Shown: positions 18,825-28,300 of the stretch, one piece after another
How positions within the stretch are numbered: position 1 is the first letter of the stretch
How the letters are laid out: each line of letters opens with the position of its first letter
From: a virus
Taxonomy: Duplodnaviria > Caudoviricetes
DNA length: 64,000 nucleotides
Strand: one strand, 5' to 3'
IMG/VR virus record: IMGVR_UViG_3300028025_004842
Span: 1,656 to 65,655 of that record
The notes under the pieces: generated by a model
What the model was told of the DNA's origin: nothing
What the model saw: only the letters and a program-made list of their open reading frames with translations
Database searches by the model: none
Translations under genes and position numbers: made by a program

Positions 18825-19046
18825 TTAGTTTAATTCGTATTCTAAATATTTGTGGAAATACTTATCCCACATTATCATTAGCACTTGATTATCTTCTTCG
18901 GTGAATACACCTGTTATCGTCTTCCATGAATCCCTTGCTATCCTTAGTGCTGTGTGTTCACACATTGTATTCTGAGCAACATGACAAGCCAATACGCTTA
19001 TTAATCTCTTGTTATGTGTTCTGCCTGTTGGGAATCGCTTATCCAT
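18825..19046 (-). CDS. Hypothetical protein
   Basis: ATG ORF at the end of the minus arm. Confidence 0.55.
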   Translation of the reverse strand: MDKRFPTGRTHNKRLISVLACHVAQNTMCEHTALRIARDSWKTITGVFTEEDNQVLMIMWDKYFHKYLEYELN

Positions 19047-19075
19047 ATAACTATTAATCGGTACTAATTTATGTA

Positions 19076-19645
19076 TTATTGTTTAATGCTACTACACAAA
19101 TCTACAATTTCTCTAATTACTTCGTCCAGCTCTGCTGATGATGTCTTTAACATTGCAAGCACCTCTAGCTTTTCAGAAGAATAATCTTTATCCTTCGCCA
19201 TTAGTTCTGACAATGCAATTATGTTAGCCAATGGCTTGCGTACCTTATGTGATTGTATCCAAGCGATGTTTTCTAACACACGCTTCTGCATTTCGTAATC
19301 GTGAGATGAGATGCTTACAACATCGAATAGCTGTATGCCTACGAGATGGAATGTTTGTTTTCCATACGCCACCTCCCATGTACTCCATCGTTTTGCCCCA
19401 TTCTTATGTAACAGACGACACTGAAAAGAAAAAGGAAATGGGCTGCCGTCAACGGCCCGACCCATCGACTTCTTTAGCAGCTCCATATCCTCTTGTATTG
19501 TTATGAAATGCTCCACATTTGTAGGGGAGATGTGCGAAGCAAACGTATTGAATAGCTCATTGCTGTATGTTATGTCGCCCTCCTTATTACAGCATACATA
19601 GAACACATGAAGGGAGTTCTCTAATATCACATTTCCTGGTATCAT
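19076..19645 (-). CDS. PAS + HisKA-only (no HATPase) signalling protein
   Basis: PAS features (G.ITYSN..F; RLLHKNGAKRW..W) then H-box IAWIQSHKVRKPLANI; ends after the dimerisation helices. Confidence 0.8.
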   Translation of the reverse strand: MIPGNVILENSLHVFYVCCNKEGDITYSNELFNTFASHISPTNVEHFITIQEDMELLKKSMGRAVDGSPFPFSFQCRLLHKNGAKRWSTWEVAYGKQTFHLVGIQLFDVVSISSHDYEMQKRVLENIAWIQSHKVRKPLANIIALSELMAKDKDYSSEKLEVLAMLKTSSAELDEVIREIVDLCSSIKQ

Positions 19646-19672
19646 CCATCAGTTGTATGGATGCAAATTTAA

Positions 19673-20164
19673 CTAATTTTTAATCGCCATTTTAATTTTT
19701 CCAATTAATGAACACCAATGAGAATAACTATTGTATGCGTACAATATTAATATCAATAGCATTAGCGTGAATGCACCTGCGCTCACCTCATCGTTGTATT
19801 CTTTCTCTTTTTCTGCGTACAACATAGCCTTAGGTTTTATAGTTCCTATAATTTCTAATGCGCTGCGTGTATCACCTGCTTCGTGGTAGTATGTAGGTGC
19901 AATAGTGTCGGAGGCAAGCTTCAACGTATTTTTTTTGACTTCAATCTCCAAATCGCTAAAACTATATACAGACGTATCCTTTTCGTGAAATAGGATTTGC
20001 CCACTATCCGAAATAAAATAGTTGTATTTAGCATCAAGGGCAGACGTATAGTCCGGAGCATACTGCTTCAACGCACCAATTGTGGCTTCGTCAAAGTGAC
20101 GTACCACAGAAGTGTCTTGCGCTGCATATATGATTGTATCTCTCGTTTCCTTATTCATCGTCAT
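19673..20164 (-). CDS. Membrane protein with C-terminal TM helix
   Basis: FTLMLLILILYAY hydrophobic segment. Confidence 0.6.
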   Translation of the reverse strand: MTMNKETRDTIIYAAQDTSVVRHFDEATIGALKQYAPDYTSALDAKYNYFISDSGQILFHEKDTSVYSFSDLEIEVKKNTLKLASDTIAPTYYHEAGDTRSALEIIGTIKPKAMLYAEKEKEYNDEVSAGAFTLMLLILILYAYNSYSHWCSLIGKIKMAIKN

Positions 20165-20363
20165 CCTTTCTCTTTGGAAGATAACCAGCAGCTATCAATG
20201 CAGCTATACACGCAGCCATCGTTTCTACTGTTATTAATTTAAAGATAAGAAGAAATACCATAAGTATCACCAATAGAGAGCCTATAGTGCCTCTCCAATG
20301 CTTTATGATTATATCCAAGACAATCATAAACTTACTTCTCCTTCTCCTTATTGTCATTGTCAA
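20151..20363 (-). CDS. Putative holin (2 TM)
   Basis: KHWRGTIGSLL.. two hydrophobic helices and a charged tail. Confidence 0.6.
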   Translation of the reverse strand: MTMTIRRRRSKFMIVLDIIIKHWRGTIGSLLVILMVFLLIFKLITVETMAACIAALIAAGYLPKRKDDDE

Positions 20364-21124
20364 TTAGATTTAATGTAATACATCTGATTGCTGCCTTGCG
20401 CTATTCTACGTCCTATTATGTCATAGGATTCGCCTACGTGCGTTTCTGCATCAATATGGACATATACTATATCCGATAGCGTAACATCGCCATTAACGTC
20501 CACTTCTCGTATTGCTATGTAATGATCTCCTCCCTTGTTATAATCCAATGGGATATTGTAATCAGATAGATTGGAATTAGTTTCCACATATGGAAACTGC
20601 GTATACAACGTTCTCCAATTTACAGCATCAGGGCTTTCTATAATCTCGAACTTTCTCGTTCCTGTATTGGAGCAAGTGAGCCATCGTACGTGTAGTATCC
20701 CCTCAGAATGATATGCATACACACCGCAGAACTCCACAGCGAGCGCACTCATCTGTATCATATACGGGCAGAAGTTATCAATCAGCGTTGTCTGTATTGT
20801 ATAACACACTGTAATAGTATCCGTTCCTGGAGCAATAGATGTAGTGTTATCAATCATAATACAAGCGGAGTTATACTGCTTCACACTCGTAACGAAAGCT
20901 GGCGCTCCCGATGGAGAAGAATAGCTGAATGCTGCTAACTGCCCTACGTTCTTACGTGGCACTTTAACGCATATTGTAGTATCACGTATCGCTCCTGAGA
21001 TACATTGATTAGTGAAATACAAACTAAAGAACGAGGGAAGCGCTAAATATGAATTAGCCGTCCTCGTTACATTACATTGTGCTGTTGCCGATATGCTTAT
21101 TAGCAAAAATAAAAGTGCCTTCAT
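20360..21124 (-). CDS. Secreted protein resembling Bacteroidota T9SS cargo
   Basis: SPI signal ATA-Q; LAVEF...RW.T.S.....FEIIES.D...W and IREVD.NG....S.IV.V Ig-like module; YDIIGRRI CTD-like tail. Confidence 0.65.
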   Translation of the reverse strand: MKALLFLLISISATAQCNVTRTANSYLALPSFFSLYFTNQCISGAIRDTTICVKVPRKNVGQLAAFSYSSPSGAPAFVTSVKQYNSACIMIDNTTSIAPGTDTITVCYTIQTTLIDNFCPYMIQMSALAVEFCGVYAYHSEGILHVRWLTCSNTGTRKFEIIESPDAVNWRTLYTQFPYVETNSNLSDYNIPLDYNKGGDHYIAIREVDVNGDVTLSDIVYVHIDAETHVGESYDIIGRRIAQGSNQMYYIKSN

Positions 21125-21178
21125 ACGTTGTTATACGCATCAAGGCACTCCTCGTTATTCCTACTTAGTAGGTATTAG

Positions 21179-22276
21179 TTACACGTATTCAACAAAGAAA
21201 CGAAATTTTAATCCTGTCAATGCTTGTCTTGGTTGAATTTGAAAATTAACCATTTGAGTGAAATAATAATCATCTCCATTAGAATCTAGTCCTTCATAGA
21301 AACTACCAACTCTTGAGCCATTTGGATTATACGTAGTCATAACCAACTCTCCCCAAGCTGTTCCAGGATCGCCAATATTAGTAGCCAATGTGCCATAAGG
21401 TAATGTTGCTCCAGGAACTTGTTGGTCAATCCCTCCATAAGGATTAACTACATTGTAATTTCCAAATACTCCAATTGTACCTGGAGTTTCACCGACAAAT
21501 ACTCCTAATGAATCATAACTTGAATATCCCGAACCTGCCGTAAGACCAAATGCACAATCATTGGATATATCATAAGCCAAATTAGTATATACTTTAACTT
21601 TTGTTATTGCGCTCCAACCTGATGAAGGCTTAAAAGCAATAAAATTATTTGGAGAACCTGGGTTACTATATAAAACCAAAGGCAATGATGGATTATTTAA
21701 CCCATCGGTAGTACCCCATACAGCAAATGAAGCAAAAGCAGTATTTTCTACCACCAATGTTCCAGATGCAGCAGAATACACATTATTGGTAGCAGTTGTA
21801 TTAGTTGTAATTTCTCCTGAATCGTATTGCGCTGTTGCAGGTGCGCTCCATACCCAAGCACCTGGAAGAGGATTCTCAATACAAATGAAATCATAAGCAT
21901 TACCATCAGGAGGAATGATTGCAGGAGTATCGACAGGATAATTATTTATCTGACCTCCTATCATAGAAGGAAATAAACTTATGTTTATTGATGAACGATT
22001 AACAACAATAACACGTTTACCTGTAACGGGTAAAGGTAAACGACAAGCGTAGTCTGTTGGCGTAGCTGTCACAACAATATTCACCCCATACTCCAACACT
22101 AATGTAGTGTTAGCCATTGTGGTGTTGTTAGCCACTAACCCATCAAATACAACCGTCTGTCCTGCTGATGAGAAATCAAGCATTGACGTTAATAATGGAC
22201 GCATTTTAATTGCAGGATATTGCGCTCCTGTTACAATCTCATCTATTCCTGCTTGTATCTCCGCTTGTGATGCCAT
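21179..22276 (-). CDS. Putative tail fibre/spike or virion appendage protein
   Basis: Beta-rich G/T/N/P composition within the tail operon. Confidence 0.6.
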   Translation of the reverse strand: MASQAEIQAGIDEIVTGAQYPAIKMRPLLTSMLDFSSAGQTVVFDGLVANNTTMANTTLVLEYGVNIVVTATPTDYACRLPLPVTGKRVIVVNRSSINISLFPSMIGGQINNYPVDTPAIIPPDGNAYDFICIENPLPGAWVWSAPATAQYDSGEITTNTTATNNVYSAASGTLVVENTAFASFAVWGTTDGLNNPSLPLVLYSNPGSPNNFIAFKPSSGWSAITKVKVYTNLAYDISNDCAFGLTAGSGYSSYDSLGVFVGETPGTIGVFGNYNVVNPYGGIDQQVPGATLPYGTLATNIGDPGTAWGELVMTTYNPNGSRVGSFYEGLDSNGDDYYFTQMVNFQIQPRQALTGLKFRFFVEYV

Positions 22277-22620
22277 TATGCAAAATCGTTAGGGTTAAAA
22301 TCTTGTTGGTTGAAGTCTGGCCATTCGCCATTCAAATATGTTTCGGGTAATGTAGCAATAGGCTTCGTAGTGAAATTTACATTCCTACATAACCAATTAC
22401 ATATTGTTACAATATCACGCTCCATCAGTCCAATCACACTAATGCAATTGGTGGAATATGATAGCACTGTATCAGTGTAGTTCTTCGCTATGAATAACGT
22501 TTCAGGCATACATCCCTCATCGCATCCAATGGCAATCTGCTCATTTACGTATGCTAACTGCTTCTGTATAGCTGAATATGCTATCAGAGCGAATGATTGA
22601 TATTGTCCTAAACTAGCCAT
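22276..22620 (-). CDS. Small structural (tail hub-like) protein
   Basis: Coupled in tail operon; ends DFNQQDFNPNDFA. Confidence 0.55.
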   Translation of the reverse strand: MASLGQYQSFALIAYSAIQKQLAYVNEQIAIGCDEGCMPETLFIAKNYTDTVLSYSTNCISVIGLMERDIVTICNWLCRNVNFTTKPIATLPETYLNGEWPDFNQQDFNPNDFA

Positions 22621-23822
22621 TAGTTGTATAATGTATAATAAACTAATACTTCTGCTGTAGCTGTTCCGCCTGTTGGATTACCCGTAGATGTAGCAATGTA
22701 CAAATCACTTGCTTTACCTACCTGATATGCTGTCGTTCCTAAGTTTAAAAAGAACGCTTGGTATCCTCCAGAACTCGTTGCTCCCCATACTCCATCAGCC
22801 ACCATCAAATCATCGGTAGCCATTTGAAAGTAAATTCTAGCGTCTGTATTTGTTCCATATGACGTTGCTGCGCTCATCAATATTACAATATTGTGTATGA
22901 TAGCGAAGTTAGCAAGCGTATCAAGAATCTTGATTGGCGTAGTGAAACTTGCTAATATCTGTGCTGACGACAAGCTTGTTACAGCCAATTGCATTACAGG
23001 CGTTCCTACGGCGAAATTATCAGCCGTCAACAATCCCGTTGTCAATGTCGTTCCGTTGCGTTGTAATACACCGAAATCCGTAGGGAATCCAATATCCGTA
23101 GGAGCAGCAGTAGCATTCGTAGAGTTACCCATTATAGTACGTGCTACCATAGGAGTAATGTCAGCAGTTGATACTGGTCTTGACGTAGATGCTGCCACCC
23201 ATGTCGAAACCCCATCAAACGTAGCAAGGATGATGACACCACCATTAAGCGCTTGGTTAGCATTGATGCTGATGCCAAACACTGTTAGTGTATTAGCGCC
23301 TATCGTAATGCCACCTGCAATCTCTATCTGAAACTGACTTCCAGCTTTGATACCCGTAGTGCCTGCTGTTACAGTGTAATTAGATGTTAGCGTTACAGTG
23401 CCTGTCAATCGCTGATATGACGTATCTACGCCTGCTACTAATGTCTTTGTTCCACCAACAGGGACAACAATATCCGTTACCCCTTGCGCTGCTTGTGGTT
23501 GGTCTTTTCCATCAGCGAAATACTGAACGCTCCACGTAGTGCCATCGTAATAGCAACTGAATGTACCATTTTGGTTCACTTGGTCTTGCGCCATCGTAAC
23601 CCCTGCTATAACAACACTGAATGTGCTTATTGATAGATTGGCTTCCCAACGTAGAGAAAAGGATGATATAAACCCTGCCGTTACTGTAGGATTTATAACA
23701 ACATTCCCTAGCAATGTAACAGGAGCTGTAGTATAAGCTAATACATCATATGCCTGACCTAGTGGCGTTGTATTATCAAGAGTTAATCCTGATGCGGTTA
23801 TTTGTTGTCTAATGTAGTTCAT
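22620..23822 (-). CDS. Tail fibre-like structural protein
   Basis: T/A/G/V-rich with two repeated beta modules ending YDGTTW / FDGVSTW. Confidence 0.65.
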   Translation of the reverse strand: MNYIRQQITASGLTLDNTTPLGQAYDVLAYTTAPVTLLGNVVINPTVTAGFISSFSLRWEANLSISTFSVVIAGVTMAQDQVNQNGTFSCYYDGTTWSVQYFADGKDQPQAAQGVTDIVVPVGGTKTLVAGVDTSYQRLTGTVTLTSNYTVTAGTTGIKAGSQFQIEIAGGITIGANTLTVFGISINANQALNGGVIILATFDGVSTWVAASTSRPVSTADITPMVARTIMGNSTNATAAPTDIGFPTDFGVLQRNGTTLTTGLLTADNFAVGTPVMQLAVTSLSSAQILASFTTPIKILDTLANFAIIHNIVILMSAATSYGTNTDARIYFQMATDDLMVADGVWGATSSGGYQAFFLNLGTTAYQVGKASDLYIATSTGNPTGGTATAEVLVYYTLYN

Positions 23823-24592
23823 TATACTGCTGATATTTTATCAATCGTTATTGACTTAAAGTACACTTGATTCACCACTGCTTGATACAAGTCAGTATAT
23901 ATAGTATTTAGCACCGTAAAATCTAATCCAGTTAAACTCCTTTGATATGTATATTGCTGATACCCTATATCACTTGTGCTTAAGCTTGCTATATTCATAT
24001 CAGATGTAACTCTACATAATGCTGTGGTTGCTGATGTTTTTATAATTTCAAGCTTAGTATTATATTGAAAAGATGTACTTGCTGTAAACATATATATTTC
24101 TTGACTTAATGGAGACAATGTACATGATACACCAACTGTTGTACCAACACCCCATCTAATCCTTCTTTGCGCTTTAAATAAATTTGCTGGAATTGTATTT
24201 TGTATCAAATACATTGACACTAAATTTACAACTAAAGCATCTCCATCACCAAGTAGTGTATTTGCAGGAATTGCAACATCATGCTGTTGAACCCAATTAT
24301 TTATTATCGTTGATGAAAAGAAATCTATAGGCATACTATACAACCTACTCACACCATCAACTCCATTGCCCCCAGGAGTACCTGCTGCGCCTTCCGGAAT
24401 CTCAAAGTCAAATATAGCAGCGCCTGATGTACCTACATTAGTTACTGTAGCAGGATCGCCTGGATTAACAGTCGTAACAGTTCCTACAGCTATAGTCGCC
24501 GCAGCACCTGGCGCTCCCGTATTCCCTGCCACATTCGTGCTTAGAATAGGTATGCTTAAACATCCTAAATTTGGTAAACAGCAATCTGACAT
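23822..24592 (-). CDS. Collagen-like tail fibre protein
   Basis: GxxGxxG stretches flanking ATIAVGTVTT..PG..ATVTNVGT..AAIFDF.IP. Confidence 0.7.
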   Translation of the reverse strand: MSDCCLPNLGCLSIPILSTNVAGNTGAPGAAATIAVGTVTTVNPGDPATVTNVGTSGAAIFDFEIPEGAAGTPGGNGVDGVSRLYSMPIDFFSSTIINNWVQQHDVAIPANTLLGDGDALVVNLVSMYLIQNTIPANLFKAQRRIRWGVGTTVGVSCTLSPLSQEIYMFTASTSFQYNTKLEIIKTSATTALCRVTSDMNIASLSTSDIGYQQYTYQRSLTGLDFTVLNTIYTDLYQAVVNQVYFKSITIDKISAV

Positions 24593-24612
24593 TTCTTTAT
24601 CGTTTTTTTAGT

Positions 24613-25248
24613 TTAACATCCACACCCACAGCCACAAGACAAGCATAAGCTCGCCATTGCATCCACTTGTGCGTCAACAAAATCTTTATCACCCAAACTT
24701 ACGCCTCCCAATAGGTACTCGTAGTTTAAGAATATCTTAATCTGATTCTCAGTCGTTACATGACCTGCTGCACCTCTCACCACTGTATCATCCTTACAAC
24801 GCTTTGATAAGCACGTAAAGAACACCCACTGCTGATTGATAAACGTATCAGTTCCATCTGAGCATTCATACGTTACTAAGTATGAGCCATCAGATAAATC
24901 GCTACTAGGGCTTGAATTAAATAACAACTCGCTATTGAACTCTAAGTTGAAGAATGGGAATATTGTGCTGTTAAGCAATGGTAGTACATTTACTACAACG
25001 CCAAACTCATCCATTCTAGTAGCGGCTGTAATTACATCATTCGCTATCGTAAAATCAAACGTAATAGGATATATATAACCCTTCGGGGTAATCTGTATTC
25101 TTGCAAACGTTATGTCCGTAGTAAGCGTGTTAGGCGCTCCCCATCCCCCTTCATTGGTAACAGCATCATATACTCCTGTCGTGTCATTGAATAACGCAGT
25201 CTTGCAATCGCATTGTTGGGCAAGACAGAAATTTAGTGATACTCCCAT
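24613..25248 (-). CDS. Tail hub-like structural protein
   Basis: F.DTTG.Y....N.GGWG.PN motif and CxxCGCGCGC end typical of Bacteroidota/crAss-like phages; TAAATTTG promoter at 25273-25280. Confidence 0.6.
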   Translation of the reverse strand: MGVSLNFCLAQQCDCKTALFNDTTGVYDAVTNEGGWGAPNTLTTDITFARIQITPKGYIYPITFDFTIANDVITAATRMDEFGVVVNVLPLLNSTIFPFFNLEFNSELLFNSSPSSDLSDGSYLVTYECSDGTDTFINQQWVFFTCLSKRCKDDTVVRGAAGHVTTENQIKIFLNYEYLLGGVSLGDKDFVDAQVDAMASLCLSCGCGCGC

Positions 25249-25313
25249 TGTGTTATTATAATTTTACGATTCCAAATTTACAAATAAATTGAACAGAGAT
25301 AATTATTTATTTA

Positions 25314-28300
25314 TCATTGCTTTTTTTCTTCAATAGCATCAACATATGCTTCAAGCTTTTCTCTAATATTCGTAGGGAATTCCAAGAATAGATATTTCTT
25401 ATCCCATGAATTGATTGAGCGTATAGCTGACCTGATGTACATCTCTTGCGATTGCATCTCCTGTATATCATTTATAATGGCCACCTTCTTACAAATAGAA
25501 TACAACGATGTCATACACTCTTTGTATTGTCCATTGTTATCGAACTTCATCAACTGATTCATGTTCGTTTGTCCCTCTTCTGTAACATGGTCAAATATAG
25601 TCTTCACCATCTTACCCATCGTTTCATTCGCCTTTTGATTCTCTTCGGCGGTCAACTCTAAATTGTATTTGATTATGCTAGGATTGAGCTTATAATCTCC
25701 CCCTTTCTTAATTGATTCAGCTTGCAATCGCTTATTCCCTTTAAGCTCCAATATAGTCTTCTCTGTTTCTGCTTCGGATACTGATGAATAGTATTTATAT
25801 CTTTCTCCCTTAACCGCTTTCTCCTGCTCTGATTCGTAATCACTCTCTATTCCTATTACATCAGGAATAGTAGTGGAGCTTTGTACTACTGGATAATAGT
25901 TGTGCATCGTGTGCATCTGCATGTATGGATCGTCTTCATACGCTCTATTGAACGGAAGAGATACTTCTCCTTTGTCAAATTGAAACATATCAAAACCCAT
26001 AAATGGCCCTACCGCTTTTAATTCCTCCTCTACAGGACGACCAAAGCAATCAGTCTTATTGCTTCGTAATGCGCCATCTGTAAATGCTAAATTGATTGCC
26101 ATCTTTTCAAATACGTCAGTAGCTAACTTATTAGGATTACCATTATAAGCATCGTAAGCATTCTGTGCATCCTTCTGTAATCCCGAAAGAGGAACAAAGG
26201 ATTGTATCATATTGGCAAATACATTCTTTCCTGTTTCTATAGTTCTTTCAAATCCGCCCTTGTTCGATTCTTGTGTTAATTGCATTAGGTCGGATAGCGT
26301 CTTGTACTGCTGTGACATAGAACTGTAATTCATAACGCCTGATAATGTATTCATCATATACATTCCAATAGCTCTATTTAATCCTTCATCATCTTCTACA
26401 AATGGTTTTCTGATTCCATCTACAGCTCTTGATGTTTCGAATACACGATAATTATCTAATACAGCAGCAGCAGAGATAGCCCCGTAGAATGGAGATATCA
26501 TCCAATTGTATTGCTGAACTCCATCAATATAAATATATCCACCTTTAATTGGGTCTCCCGAAGCATCAAGTAATCCACGCCCCTCCATTTCTTTCGTTGC
26601 GATGAATGTACCCTTTCCTTTTGCTGCCTTTTCTATGCGCTTATCATCGTCATCATCACCCCCTCTTAGTTTCATCAACATAGCCACAAGTCCTGCTGTT
26701 ATAGCATACGCAGCAAACATTGATTCTCTCAATCTCGCTTGATCCATCTTCAACATGAAGTCAAGCTTATATGACATATTCTGTTCTTTCGGCGTTAGCC
26801 CTCTCTTACCTGTTCTTTTATATTTAATACTCCTTAATGTACTTAGCAAAGGGTCGTATTTTATATACAATGAGAATCCATTAGCAACAGCGTTATTGAA
26901 CAATGGCATTAATGTAGAATGTTTTAATGGCGACATTTTACCACTGCTTATGTAATTCAATACATCAGCTAATTGCCCAGGCGTTCCTTGTGGTCTTCCT
27001 AAGAATGATATCTCCCTTGTGTTCGCTGATATATAACGATTGATTTCTTTTTGATATTCTTCTGATATCTTCAATGCGTCATTAGTCGATAATGCAGGAT
27101 TTAAGTTTTGGTTTAATTGTACCAATCTTTCCATTACTCCTTCTGAAAGAAGCTCATACATACGAATCTTTGTTTCGTTATATATCCTAGCTTCCTTTGT
27201 TCCTATCTTCATTAACCCTGGGTCTTGTGGGAAAGCATCAGTGGATGAGAATCCAGAATCCTTCCATAACTGACTATTACGCATCTCTTGCATAGCCTTT
27301 GAAAATGCAGCAGTTACTGTAGTTTCATCTCTCCCAAGCAATGCTGTTACATCTTGGTATATCGCTCTCCTTGATTTATCAATTTTATTCTTCTTATACA
27401 ACTCCTTCAATAATGCCCCGTATGCTTGTCTTGATGTTATAGATGTAGCAAGGGGAATCGTTAAAGCATCTACAACGGCGAATGCTCTTGATGAACCAAC
27501 AAGAAACACTTTAGATAATGCACGTTTAATTTTGCTTTTCTGATTTAATATATCAGTTTCTATATCAGAACGCCCTTCTTTATTTATACCTATAGAACCA
27601 AATGTCATATTATCTCTAGTAGGACTTACCTCTAAGATAATAGGCTGATTTGTTACAGGGTCTATAACTGATGTTTTTAGCGTATTAAATGTACCACCTA
27701 GCTTTATATCCATTTCCCTCATCATCTGCATCACCATCTTTGGAAATGTTTGAAATACGTTGGATATAATAGCTTTGTTCAATATTGATGCTCTTAATAG
27801 CAAGTTGTTAAATTGATATGCTGCTATGTAATTGAACGTCTTAATATTTCTCCCTATGATACCTCCGCTTGCTTTAGCTTTTAATGTATTGATATAATTA
27901 TTAAAAGCATTGTTTGCGTTAGCTAATGCGAATGCTCCCTTTGTTCTTGCCGCAGCTACATTTTCTGCAAGCTCCGTCAGCTTAGCTATATTCTCAGGAG
28001 TTAAGATTGGTAAGCCGTATTTAACAGCAAACTTATCTATGTACCTATCTCCCTCTAATACTCCGAACAATATCTGTTTTACTATTGCAGGGTTCTTACT
28101 TTCAGATATAGAAGGTTTTTTTTCTGCGTATACTCTCGCTAATGCCCTATTCATTTGCCATGATGCAATTTCCTCATACGTTTCCATGAACGCATCAATG
28201 GCTTTATTCACTTGCGCATCGGTCATTTCGTTTTCCTTCAACGCCTGATTGATACCTCTTAGATTCGTAGTAACAAGTTCTCTCACTTGCTCCCTCGTTG

